Positions 9,346-18,378 of a stretch of 64,000 bases of DNA are shown one piece after another. Location: the NCBI GenBank assembly GCA_048885535.1, contig JBHLLO010000002.1, positions 16,952 through 80,951 of the forward strand. The letters run 5' to 3'. Position 1 is the stretch's first letter. Every line of letters starts with the position of its first letter. Both the position numbers and the translations under genes were made by a program. The notes below the pieces were generated by a model. That model searched no databases and was not told the origin of the DNA. It saw nothing but the letters and a program-made list of their open reading frames with translations. This DNA is from Candidatus Hermodarchaeota archaeon. GTDB lineage: Archaea; Asgardarchaeota; Lokiarchaeia; Sigyniarchaeales; SOKP01.

Positions 9346-10293
9346 TTGGCATTCTGTGAATTCTGTGGAGAAAAAATAGGATATTTACCATTTAAATGTA
9401 AATATTGTGGAGGAACATTCTGCAAGAAACATAGATTACCTGAAAACCATCAATGCTCTTTTGAATTAAAGCATGTACCGCTTGTCCCTGCGGATGTTAA
9501 AGAGATTCCTGTTTATGATAAGAGAGAATCTAAAGTAGCCATTCAAGAAGAGGCTATAAAAGCACCAAAAGCATTAAAAAAATATTTAAAACGCCAAGAA
9601 AGAGAAGCAAAATTAATTAAAAAACGAGCTCAGCCTTCTGTTTGGGGAAGATCTCGCATTAAAGGAACAAAAATATTAGTAGGTTTGATTTTAGGATTTT
9701 CGATTCTTGGATTTATTCTTCAATCTTATGGGCTTGGTAGGTACATTTTTTTTGACATATATATTTTGATCAATAATTATTTATTCCATACTATTCTCAC
9801 ATCTCTTTTTATAGGTCAAGTTTTTGATCCTTTTGGATTTTTCTTCTTTATAATAATGATATTCTTCTTATTTTTTATCTCTCGAAGTATTGAGTTAAAT
9901 TATGGGACTTCATTTTTAATAAAACTTTTTTTGCTTAGTGCTATAGGTTCTATGTTAATTTATATATTACTCAGACTCTTACTGATCACTATTTATCCCT
10001 TAGATGGATATTTCTTTAATTTATTCTATGTAGGTTTTGCTTGGGGAGGAATCTTAGGTTTATTAGCGTCTATGATTTTTCCAAATGCAAATAGGGAGAT
10101 TACTGCCTTTTTTTACTTTTTACCAATTAGAATGAAAGGGAGGACATTTCTATTTATAATAGTATTAATCCGTTTGCTGCCAGTGTTACTTTTTGTATAT
10201 TTTGATCCTGGGATTGTGTTGTATTATATACCGGATTTAGGAGGAGTATTATTTGCATATATTATTTTCAAATATGATTGGGGTTTAACTTAA
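9346..10293 (+). CDS. AN1-type zinc finger fused to a rhomboid-like six-TM domain, catalytic dyad apparently substituted
   Basis: The AN1 finger reads CEFCGEKIGYLPFKCKYCGGTFCKKHRLPENHQC. The membrane part has the rhomboid-like spacing SRSIELNYGTSFLIKLFLLSAIGSML. The GxSG position reads FAWGGILG and the AHxGG position reads PDLGG. Confidence 0.6.
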   Translation: MAFCEFCGEKIGYLPFKCKYCGGTFCKKHRLPENHQCSFELKHVPLVPADVKEIPVYDKRESKVAIQEEAIKAPKALKKYLKRQEREAKLIKKRAQPSVWGRSRIKGTKILVGLILGFSILGFILQSYGLGRYIFFDIYILINNYLFHTILTSLFIGQVFDPFGFFFFIIMIFFLFFISRSIELNYGTSFLIKLFLLSAIGSMLIYILLRLLLITIYPLDGYFFNLFYVGFAWGGILGLLASMIFPNANREITAFFYFLPIRMKGRTFLFIIVLIRLLPVLLFVYFDPGIVLYYIPDLGGVLFAYIIFKYDWGLT

Positions 10294-10351
10294 GCGACGA
10301 TCAAATAAAAACAAATATCAATGAATTTTAATTTTATTTTTTAAACTACAA

Positions 10352-11032
10352 TTGTTTGTTAAATTATATCTCATGACAAAAGGAGAAATTTCGAAAATCA
10401 TTGAATTAAATGAAGATTTAATAAAAAATAATGAACAATTAGCACTCCATAACTCAGAAAATTTTAAAAAGTATAATATCCATACTTTTGACATTGTTGG
10501 AGCAATTGGTGCAGGTAAAACTGCTCTTATTGAAACACTAGTTAAAGAACTTTCTCAGAAGATGCGAATTCTAGTGATTAATGGAGATGTCACTACTCGC
10601 GTTGATGCAGATCGTATTAAAAGACACGGTATAAAAACAATTCAAATTAACACAGGGAGAGAATGTGCTTTGAATTCCTATCACATCTCTCAAGTAATTA
10701 AAAATCATGACATAAGTAATTATGATGTAATTTTCATTGAAAATGTTGGGAATCTCATTTGTCCGTCTGATTTTATATTAGGAGCTGAAAAACGAGTTTG
10801 TATAGTATCTATTACTGAGGGTGAGTGGGTAATAGAAAAACATCCAATGCTTTTCAAGATGTCTGATTTAGCTGTAATTAACAAAATCGATTTGTTGGAT
10901 GTAATGGACGTTAATATTAATAAAATGATAAACGACGCAAGGGAAATTAACCCTCACATTAAGCTTATAAAATCCAGTGCAATTACAGGAGAAGGTATCC
11001 CAGAATTGATAGAAACTTTATTTAGAAAGTAG
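10352..11032 (+). CDS. hypB: Hydrogenase nickel-incorporation GTPase HypB
   Basis: Motifs seen are the P-loop VGAIGAGKTALIE, ENVGNLICP and INKIDL (the G4 NKxD equivalent). The true start may be the internal MTKGE. Confidence 0.8.
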   Translation: MFVKLYLMTKGEISKIIELNEDLIKNNEQLALHNSENFKKYNIHTFDIVGAIGAGKTALIETLVKELSQKMRILVINGDVTTRVDADRIKRHGIKTIQINTGRECALNSYHISQVIKNHDISNYDVIFIENVGNLICPSDFILGAEKRVCIVSITEGEWVIEKHPMLFKMSDLAVINKIDLLDVMDVNINKMINDAREINPHIKLIKSSAITGEGIPELIETLFRK

Positions 11033-11100
11033 CTAAATTTTAAATTAAGAATAAATGTAAAACAATATTAATAATAATAAAAATAAAATACTGAATTACG

Positions 11101-11529
11101 ATGTCCTTAAGACAGTATAATACAGAGTTGCAATCATTAATAGATAAAATTGTAAAAGTGTATTTAGATAAAGATAAATTCTTTGTAGGTTTATTGAAAG
11201 GTGTTAGTGAGGATTCTAATTTAATTCTAGAAAATGCAAAGAATGAAAAAAATAAAGATTTTCCCAAGGTTTTAATAAGAAGTACTTATTATTTTTATGT
11301 TACAGTTGAAGAAGAACCTTTTCCTATGCAAGCTTTAGCGGATCGTATTGCTACTATCTTTTCAAAAGGTCACGTAAATTACATTACAGATCAAAATATA
11401 ATTTCTATTTTAAATGGTAAAATTATAGTCGATGAAAATGGTGTTCGAGGCACAGGTCCATCTGCAGAACGAGTGAAAAAAATATATGAGCAATTCAAAT
11501 TAGATATTGAAAATCCTTCAGAGGAATAA
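11101..11529 (+). CDS. Sm-like (LSm) domain protein with C-terminal extension
   Basis: The Sm1-like segment is KIVKVYLDKDKFFVGLLKGVSEDSNLILENA and the Sm2-like segment is KVLIRSTYYFYV. About 70 extra C-terminal residues follow. Confidence 0.55.
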   Translation: MSLRQYNTELQSLIDKIVKVYLDKDKFFVGLLKGVSEDSNLILENAKNEKNKDFPKVLIRSTYYFYVTVEEEPFPMQALADRIATIFSKGHVNYITDQNIISILNGKIIVDENGVRGTGPSAERVKKIYEQFKLDIENPSEE

Positions 11530-11552
11530 TTTTTTTTAAAATTACAAGTTAA

Positions 11553-12032
11553 TTAATTTATAAAAAGATCTAAGAGATTCTTTAAATTTAAGTTTTGAAT
11601 TACATTTTTCATTAATGCTTTCCCCAAAGGAGTTACAATCAATGAGCCTGAATCTTCTATTTTTCTTAAATAATCATTGTTAATTAAAAAAGCTATATCA
11701 GATTCCCACACTTCAGAAAATACCTCTTTAAGATCTTCAATCTTTAAATTATCATCAACTTCTTTGCTCATAGCGATAATTAAAGCCAATGTTCCATATT
11801 GCGATGCTGAGATAGTGTCATCTTTTCCTTCGGATGTCAAAATGTAAAATGTTTCGTTAAGAAATTTTGATTTAATAAACTCAAATCCAACATTTTTTAG
11901 ATTATGATAGACATCACTCATTATTTTATCAAAATCGTAATTTTTACACAAGTTTTTTAGATCATCTTCCCTAATCATTTTTTGGGGTTGTGTTAAAATC
12001 ATTCTTGTAATTAACTTAACTGTATCTTCCAT
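11553..12032 (-). CDS. Hypothetical 159 aa protein, possible tandem winged-helix (ScpB/KITE-like); last gene of the cluster
   Basis: It lies 9 nt downstream of the coiled-coil gene. The pattern VYHNLKNVGFEFIKSKFLNETFYILTS ... SQYGTLALIIAMSKE...IEDLKEVF...LINNDYLRKIEDSGSLIVTPLGKALM resembles two winged-helix modules. This is a by-eye call only. Confidence 0.6.
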   Translation of the reverse strand: MEDTVKLITRMILTQPQKMIREDDLKNLCKNYDFDKIMSDVYHNLKNVGFEFIKSKFLNETFYILTSEGKDDTISASQYGTLALIIAMSKEVDDNLKIEDLKEVFSEVWESDIAFLINNDYLRKIEDSGSLIVTPLGKALMKNVIQNLNLKNLLDLFIN

Positions 12033-12041
12033 AATAATATT

Positions 12042-13670
12042 TCAACTTTCTTTAATTTCGAATGTCTTTATGTTTTTAATTTCTTTTTTAATTTCGATAT
12101 TTGAAATTATTAAAACCAAATTATATTTTTTTAGATTATCATTATTTTTGAATACTGGTAAAATTTTCCTGATTGCTCTTAAGATAGAGCCACCTTTATT
12201 ATAGTCATTTGGAATAAATAAATTTGAAAAGATAATATAATCCTTTTCTAAAATAAGACAGAAAGATAAGTATAAACTTACAATAAAAAATACCTTTTCT
12301 GGAGTTGTAAGCTCGCTAAAAGTAATTTTATCCTTATCCTTTCTTTTAAAGAAAGTACTTACAAATAAATTACTGTTCTTATTATTAATCAAAATTTGAA
12401 ATTGAATAAATAAATTAATTTTTAATAAGAAAAAATTTAATAACCTCTGAAGTTCGTCTAGGTTCACCTCAAATTTTCTGTAATTCTTTAAGCTTTCTAT
12501 GAAAATTTCCATCTTTTCATCAATTCTTAAATTTTTTATTTTTTTAGAGACTTCACTTGAGAAAAGCTCCAATTTTTTCTTTATGATTGATAAATCTTGT
12601 TCTTTCTTAATATCAATTAATTCTTCTGATTGAATCATTTCGTTTAATTCTTTATCAACTTTTTTAATGTCTTCATCGATTTGATTTAATGTCCTCAATA
12701 AGTTCACATTTGGTATTTCAGCTTCAATTAAATTCCCTTCTTCTGATTTTATTTTTTGTTTCAATTCAGATTGGATTTCATTAGCTTTTTTCTCATCCCT
12801 CTTTATAATACTTAAGAGTTTTTCATAATCATCTTTATAAATTTCGTACTTTGGAAATAGCTCATTTAGTTTTTCAATTAGTTCTCCTTTTTTAGATTTT
12901 GCTTGTTTAATATTGTATGAGATTTCTTTTGCTTTTAATTGTAACATACGAATTTTTTCCGAATTTCGAATAGACGTATTAATTCCTAAACTTTTCAAAA
13001 CTTCATCTTTACCACTCTCAGAACCATTTTGAGTATGACGTGTAATTTGATTAATTTGGGCGAAACACATCTTCAATTGAGAATTCAAATTTTCAATTTC
13101 TAATTCATAATTATTAATATCTTTCTTAATTAGGTTAATTTGATTTTTCTGTTGGAAATAGTCTTCCTCTAAGTACGCAGCTTTTTTCTTATTTTGTTCT
13201 AAGGAGTTATTAACTTTCTCTAATAAATCTGATATAGCTAAAAAATCACTTGAATCTTTATATTTTTTGGCTATGTCGAATTCAGTTTTTAATGCTTCCT
13301 TCCTCACTTTTAATTCTTTTAATTCTACTATAAAAAGTAATGATTCCAAAATATCAATAAATTCGGATAGAAGTTTCAGATTCATTTTTAAAGTTTTACT
13401 TTGGTCATTTAAAATATTTATAAGCCTTGGAACTTTGTCTAAATCTTTAAATTTTTTGCTTTCTTGATAGAAAATTTTAAAAAATTTATTAAATGGAATA
13501 GAATCTAAATTCTTGCATAAATTTTCGAAGTTTTTAATTCGATATTGCTCTATTGAATCTATTCTTAATCTACCTTTAATTAAACTAAATTTGTCTCTTA
13601 TATTTATTTGTTCAGAACCTATAGTAATAATAAAATTATCTCTCTGAATTTTGAAATCACTTTTAATAAT
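12042..13670 (-). CDS. Long coiled-coil protein with degenerate SMC/Rad50-like head halves; N-terminus extended 95-97 codons beyond the ORF-track start
   Basis: The track ORF is 12042..13385, yet the same frame stays open to 13676 (97 sense codons) with no ATG/GTG/TTG. ATT ATT sits at 13670-13665, 2 nt after the upstream stop. The extension contains RIDSIEQYRIKNFENL...FNKFFKIFYQESKKFK, where the Walker A position lacks GxxGxGKS. The C-terminus reads ITFSELTTPEKVFFIVSLYLSF...DYIIFSNLFIPNDY...YNLVLIISN, which resembles degenerate signature, Walker B and H-loop positions. Confidence 0.6.
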   Translation of the reverse strand: MIKSDFKIQRDNFIITIGSEQINIRDKFSLIKGRLRIDSIEQYRIKNFENLCKNLDSIPFNKFFKIFYQESKKFKDLDKVPRLINILNDQSKTLKMNLKLLSEFIDILESLLFIVELKELKVRKEALKTEFDIAKKYKDSSDFLAISDLLEKVNNSLEQNKKKAAYLEEDYFQQKNQINLIKKDINNYELEIENLNSQLKMCFAQINQITRHTQNGSESGKDEVLKSLGINTSIRNSEKIRMLQLKAKEISYNIKQAKSKKGELIEKLNELFPKYEIYKDDYEKLLSIIKRDEKKANEIQSELKQKIKSEEGNLIEAEIPNVNLLRTLNQIDEDIKKVDKELNEMIQSEELIDIKKEQDLSIIKKKLELFSSEVSKKIKNLRIDEKMEIFIESLKNYRKFEVNLDELQRLLNFFLLKINLFIQFQILINNKNSNLFVSTFFKRKDKDKITFSELTTPEKVFFIVSLYLSFCLILEKDYIIFSNLFIPNDYNKGGSILRAIRKILPVFKNNDNLKKYNLVLIISNIEIKKEIKNIKTFEIKES

Positions 13671-13672
13671 TT

Positions 13673-14710
13673 CTAACTATTTTCAAAATGCTTTTTATAC
13701 TTTTTATATTCTTTCTCTTTTTTGCTTTTTCTTTCACGAATTAAATCTAAAGGATCTTTATTTTCATCCTCTTCTTTATATTTCTTATCATTGAAAGAAT
13801 TTTCAAATTGAGATTTAAATTTCTCAATTTTTTTCGAAATATCTTCGGGTATTTCAATTTTTTTTTTGCTCTTTTGCTTAATGGAAACTTCATCTAACTT
13901 TTCTCTTTTTTTTCTACGTCTTAATCTTTCGAATTCCCCATTAGATAAAACAAGGTAATTTTCATAAGCCTCTTGCTGTTCTTGTTGCTTTTTCTTTAAT
14001 TTATCAATCTCTTCTTTTTCTATGCTTTTCTGGATTAGATCACTTTTCATTCTTAAATCTTCAGCGGAAAGACTATTTTCCATTTCATGAATAAATTGAA
14101 AGAATGTTAAGTTTGGATCTTCCAAAAACTTTTGTTTATATTGTTCTATTAACTGTTTGTCAGTATTTGGGGGAATTTGGTTTAAATTTTTATTAAGTTT
14201 TTTATTAATTAAGATTTTGTAAAATTTCGAGGCTTTTTTTATAGTTCTCAAAAAGATTGAATACTGATTTAATGATTCGGTTATATCTATCCATTCATTT
14301 AGCCCTACAGAAGGAATAAATGATATTTTCCCAATAATTTTGGATACGCTTTTAGTTTCTATTAGATTTACTCCGATTTTTTTTGTAATATTTTCATCGA
14401 GTTTTACGACCATTAGTTTTTGTTTAACACTTTCTTTATATTTCTTTATTAAACTATCCTTGTAAAATTGGTGTAGATTTAAGTTTTCTTTTAAAGCCTT
14501 ATTTAACTGTTCGTTTATGTTTTTTATGATTTCTAGTAATTCTTCATACTGATTAATAATGTTATCTTTAATAAACACTTCTGTGAGAGTGGTTTTTTTT
14601 TCCATCACTTTTCTTTTAATTTCATTTAATCTATTAAGATTAATTTGAAGATCTTCAATGGGAGAGCTAAATTCCTTAATTTTTTCAAGATTAAATAATG
14701 ATGGTTTCAT
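13673..14710 (-). CDS. Hypothetical coiled-coil protein with lysine-rich tail
   Basis: 345 aa. The N-terminal KEFSSPIEDLQINLNRL...IINQYEELLEII is faintly reminiscent of the ScpA/kleisin N-terminus (FEGPLDLLLHLI...QYLEYL). The C-terminal third is K/E low-complexity sequence. Confidence 0.65.
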   Translation of the reverse strand: MKPSLFNLEKIKEFSSPIEDLQINLNRLNEIKRKVMEKKTTLTEVFIKDNIINQYEELLEIIKNINEQLNKALKENLNLHQFYKDSLIKKYKESVKQKLMVVKLDENITKKIGVNLIETKSVSKIIGKISFIPSVGLNEWIDITESLNQYSIFLRTIKKASKFYKILINKKLNKNLNQIPPNTDKQLIEQYKQKFLEDPNLTFFQFIHEMENSLSAEDLRMKSDLIQKSIEKEEIDKLKKKQQEQQEAYENYLVLSNGEFERLRRRKKREKLDEVSIKQKSKKKIEIPEDISKKIEKFKSQFENSFNDKKYKEEDENKDPLDLIRERKSKKEKEYKKYKKHFENS

Positions 14711-14756
14711 GTTTTTTAGGAAATAAGATTCATTAATTACCTTTCTCTATAGAAGA

Positions 14757-15866
14757 TTAGATTTCCGGAGGACCTTCAATTTTCATTGATTTATTTCCAG
14801 ATCTATTTGTTTTTTCAGAAATTTGTTTAATATTACTTAAAATATCTTGACGTTCAACATGAATTGCCGTACCTCCAACCAATTTTAAAGCTTGATAAAA
14901 CATATCATAAGTTAGAATCTCTTTATTTATAGCCTTTAACAGGGCAACTTTAGTACCTCGTTCAATATCAGAACCTGAATATCCATGAGTTAATTTCAAG
15001 ATACCATTTATTTTACTCTTTTTTTTTATTTCATCCCAGAGGGTATTACTTTCAAATTCAGAGATTTTTTCTCCAATTTTACGCTTTAAATCTTTTTCTA
15101 TGTTCTGTAATTCATCATATTCTTTATCTAAGTTCACATATATGGATTCATCAACTCCTATTTTGGCATTTTTTATCTTTTGTAAAAATGAATCAATTAT
15201 TTGCTTTCGCAAATGAAAGTCAGGAAAATCAAATTTGAGATGAAATGTGAATCTCCTCCAAATAGCGGAATCTAATTGATTTTGATGATTAGTTGCTCCA
15301 AATATAGCAAGTGGAACACCTTCGTAGTTAATTCTATCAATGACCTGTAAAAATGATATTACAGCTCTTTTTATTTCTCCTACTTCATGGATATTTGATC
15401 TTTCAGATCCAATGGCATCAATTTCGTCGAAAAATAAAATAAAAGCAGACCTTTCTCGAGCAATTTCAGCAGCTAAATCTACAACGCGTCTTATTTGTTT
15501 AATTGTGTCTCCTAAGAGAGGAGAGACTAACCTGTCAGTTTCTACTACACATATTGGTATGTCGAATTTTTTTGCAAATCCTCTTGTTAATGATGTTTTA
15601 CCAGTACCTGGAGGTCCGTATAAAAGGACGGTTAAACTTGGATTTAATTTAGTTGCTTTTAGTTGTTCAGTAAATTCATCGTATTTTTTTAAAGCGTTGA
15701 AAAAGTCATTTAATATTTCTTTTTTTAGTTCATTACCTAAAATATCTTCAACATTTTCTTTGATATCATAAGGAAAATATACTGCACCATATTTACCTAT
15801 TCTATCTTTAATAACATCATCTGTGTATGTAATCTTTTTCTCGGCTTCATTTTTTTTATTACTAAT
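14757..15866 (-). CDS. Classical-clade AAA+ ATPase (single AAA module); start codon non-canonical or unresolved
   Basis: The track shows only the C-terminal 151 aa (TTG 15212) plus an antisense ORF at 15340..15771. My minus-strand translation is one continuous frame from 15872: ...[24 protein letters not shown] (Walker A), FILFFDEIDAIGSER (Walker B), AIFGATNHQNQLDSAIWRRF (sensor 1/SRH), FPDFHLRKQIIDSF..., and GYSGSDIE in the lid. There are 220 codons with no ATG/GTG/TTG. The first near-cognate start is ATT at 15866-15864. Confidence 0.85.
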   Translation of the reverse strand: MSNKKNEAEKKITYTDDVIKDRIGKYGAVYFPYDIKENVEDILGNELKKEILNDFFNALKKYDEFTEQLKATKLNPSLTVLLYGPPGTGKTSLTRGFAKKFDIPICVVETDRLVSPLLGDTIKQIRRVVDLAAEIARERSAFILFFDEIDAIGSERSNIHEVGEIKRAVISFLQVIDRINYEGVPLAIFGATNHQNQLDSAIWRRFTFHLKFDFPDFHLRKQIIDSFLQKIKNAKIGVDESIYVNLDKEYDELQNIEKDLKRKIGEKISEFESNTLWDEIKKKSKINGILKLTHGYSGSDIERGTKVALLKAINKEILTYDMFYQALKLVGGTAIHVERQDILSNIKQISEKTNRSGNKSMKIEGPPEI

Positions 15867-15892
15867 AAAATCTCATCTCTTTTTTTTGTAAT

Positions 15893-17209
15893 TTAATTAT
15901 TTTTTCTTTCTTTTTCAAATTTTTCACAATATTCTGCAATCTCAGATATAAGGTTTTTCAGATTATCTATTTCAGCGCCCATAAAATTAAAAATTTCCTT
16001 TCTATATTGGGGTGAATCTCTGATTTTCATTTTATCTAATCCTAGATAATTTGGAAAACAAATTAATTTCATTAAATAAGGAAGGACCTTCTCATTTGTT
16101 TGTAAATCTTTAAATATAGGATAAAAAATATTTTCATCAGACAGTTTCCATTTTAAAATCCCCATATAAATTAGGAAAGCAAAATTCATTGAGATCCAAT
16201 TAATTAATTCTTTTGATAAAAAACCACGCCTTTGGGAAGCAAAAGCCAAGTAATAGAGAAATAATGTCTCATTACTAAACTGTGGATATAATCGTAAAAT
16301 TCCATCTGATTGTTTATTTTCACGTAAAAAATTATTATCAATTAATATATTTACAAGATCTTCATTAGGGGCCAAAAAAAGATTATCTATTAAACGCAAG
16401 CCTATTCGTTCAACGATACTTTGTATTGCTTCTTCTTCAGCACTTGCAATCGAATCAATATAAGGTAGAAAAACGTCAACTTTTAATATCATTGGAAGCT
16501 CATAATTATCTTTTTCTGGATATGCCCCAAAATTCGGATCGAGATTAAAAAGTGAAGTTATATTATTTAAAATTTGAGATACCTTAGGTGATAAGGAGGG
16601 GATTTCAAAAACATCTGTATTTTCTAATTTCTCTCTATAATAGGTGTGTGATTGTATAATATGGCGTTGACAATCAAAAAAATTTTGAGAAAATCTTAAT
16701 AACTTTTCATAAATGAATTTTAAATTTGCTCCTCTTGGAAATAATCTTTCTTCGATAAATTTTACTAAATTGAATAAATATGTAATTTCTAGATTTCTTT
16801 CATCTGGATTTGTGATGTGCCTTAAAATATTTAAAGCATCTATGGATTCATAAAGAAAATCTACAATGTAATCTTTAATATCAATTATAGGTATTTCATT
16901 TCTATATTTCATAATAAAATCCTTAATAATTTCATAAACATTTGTTCTATACATTGCTGAGAATTCTGATAATGCTCTTACCTTCCGAATATTTCTTTTT
17001 TCTTCCTCTTGGCGAATTTTATCTAAAATTTCAGTATCTAGTAAAAGGTCTGCATCTAAATCGATAATAATTCTCCGAGTCTCTCTAAGGATTGGTCTCA
17101 TATGACTAATAAAAGTCAAATACCTTGGAAGTAAATCTGTCCATTTTTCTCTTTTTCTTCCTGGTTTTACTGTTCTCGTTGATTTCTTTTTATAACTTAT
17201 TCCAATCAC
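15893..17209 (-). CDS. Hypothetical all-alpha protein, 438 aa
   Basis: A long ORF with a basic N-terminus (KKKSTRTVKPGRKREK). No motif was recognised. It sits 8 nt from the upstream gene and about 20 nt from the AAA+ reading frame. Confidence 0.7.
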   Translation of the reverse strand: MIGISYKKKSTRTVKPGRKREKWTDLLPRYLTFISHMRPILRETRRIIIDLDADLLLDTEILDKIRQEEEKRNIRKVRALSEFSAMYRTNVYEIIKDFIMKYRNEIPIIDIKDYIVDFLYESIDALNILRHITNPDERNLEITYLFNLVKFIEERLFPRGANLKFIYEKLLRFSQNFFDCQRHIIQSHTYYREKLENTDVFEIPSLSPKVSQILNNITSLFNLDPNFGAYPEKDNYELPMILKVDVFLPYIDSIASAEEEAIQSIVERIGLRLIDNLFLAPNEDLVNILIDNNFLRENKQSDGILRLYPQFSNETLFLYYLAFASQRRGFLSKELINWISMNFAFLIYMGILKWKLSDENIFYPIFKDLQTNEKVLPYLMKLICFPNYLGLDKMKIRDSPQYRKEIFNFMGAEIDNLKNLISEIAEYCEKFEKERKNN

Positions 17210-17217
17210 CTAGATTA

Positions 17218-18357
17218 TCATTCTTCTTTATATCCTACTAATATTTCAGTTAAAATATTTCCTATACTAATGAATATAGGTATTTCTACTCTAACTAATT
17301 GTCCAAGGATCCATTTATTAACATCTTTGATTAAAAATCGTATTTGATTTATTATTTTTTTATTCACTTCAGAATCTATTATTTTCGACATCCATAAGCC
17401 ACCCCCTAACCTATATGCAACTATTTTAATAAGAGGAGCGAATAAGAATTCCAATACCTGCTTCATCATCCATGACTTTGGAATTATACTCATATTCGAC
17501 TCATCAAAATTTGGATCATTTAAGATAGGGCTTGTTTCATCAACTGTAATCTTTGGTAAAAAACTTAATAGCAATATTAAAGCAAATATCGCAGAGATCC
17601 CATTAATAGTATAAGTTCCTCCAATCTTTTCTATATCATCCCGATTAATTGCTATATTAGCTAAGAACATACAAATAAACACGTTTCTATCGAATTCTTC
17701 AGAAACATAAGCATAACCTAATTCTTCATCGATTGATAAATATTTCTCCTCTAGAATTTTAATTATATCATCAGGAAAAGTGTAAAAAGTATATATTCTT
17801 TTTTGACTAGATCTGATATCTTTTTCTACAATAAGTTCTTTTGATATTAAACCAAACATATCTATAAGTTCTTCAAGTTGCTTTTTCACATAATGTTTAG
17901 GTTTATTAGGATTTCCAAACATAGCATAGAATTGATGATCTACAATATGAAAGTCATTTCTCTTACTAAATGCTTCAACCATTCTATCTATTATTGGTCC
18001 TTGAGTTCCAGTTGCTATTGCCTTTGCTTTAGAAGTTACAAATCCATTTAACAATTCGTTAATAATGAAGTCTTGTTCATGAGTTCTTGACTTTAAAATT
18101 TTTTTAAAAGCTTCTGAAAAATTCTTTGTATTTGGAAAAAAAGTATTTTGAATCTTATCATTAATAGATTTTATAAATATCTCTCCATTATTTTTAGGAA
18201 AAATAAGTTTCATATCATTCAATCGTTGTATTAAAGCTACTTTAGCACCTGGAATGTTCTCAATATCTCTATTTTCAAGGCGCTCTATTGCATTTTCTAA
18301 ACTCTTCTCAAAATCTAAAAGCAATTCTTTCCAATTTGGGTCTTGAACTTCAGACAT
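17218..18357 (-). CDS. Hypothetical protein, 379 aa, with a predicted membrane segment
   Basis: Hydrophobic stretches are INGISAIFALILLLSFLP and a C-terminal IPIFISIGNILTEILVG. No family was recognised. Confidence 0.7.
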   Translation of the reverse strand: MSEVQDPNWKELLLDFEKSLENAIERLENRDIENIPGAKVALIQRLNDMKLIFPKNNGEIFIKSINDKIQNTFFPNTKNFSEAFKKILKSRTHEQDFIINELLNGFVTSKAKAIATGTQGPIIDRMVEAFSKRNDFHIVDHQFYAMFGNPNKPKHYVKKQLEELIDMFGLISKELIVEKDIRSSQKRIYTFYTFPDDIIKILEEKYLSIDEELGYAYVSEEFDRNVFICMFLANIAINRDDIEKIGGTYTINGISAIFALILLLSFLPKITVDETSPILNDPNFDESNMSIIPKSWMMKQVLEFLFAPLIKIVAYRLGGGLWMSKIIDSEVNKKIINQIRFLIKDVNKWILGQLVRVEIPIFISIGNILTEILVGYKEE

Positions 18358-18378
18358 TTTTTAAATTATTTTTTAAAT

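Noticed and set aside
13673-13681. Stop-codon readthrough or fusion of the 345 aa and coiled-coil ORFs
   Set aside because: A coordinate check shows the two ORFs are in different frames (14710 and 13385 differ modulo 3). Simple TAG readthrough therefore cannot join them.
15340-15771. 143 aa plus-strand ORF from the track
   Set aside because: It is the antisense shadow of the AAA+ ATPase. Its [10 protein letters not shown] segment is the reverse complement of [11 protein letters not shown]. The minus strand carries all the AAA+ motifs in one frame.
15838-15876. Programmed -1 frameshift from ATG 15850 across GAGAAAAAG to reach the AAA+ frame
   Set aside because: The site is not a canonical X XXY YYZ heptamer and no downstream structure is evident. 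A simple non-canonical (ATT) start or a sequencing error is more economical. It is mentioned only as an alternative.
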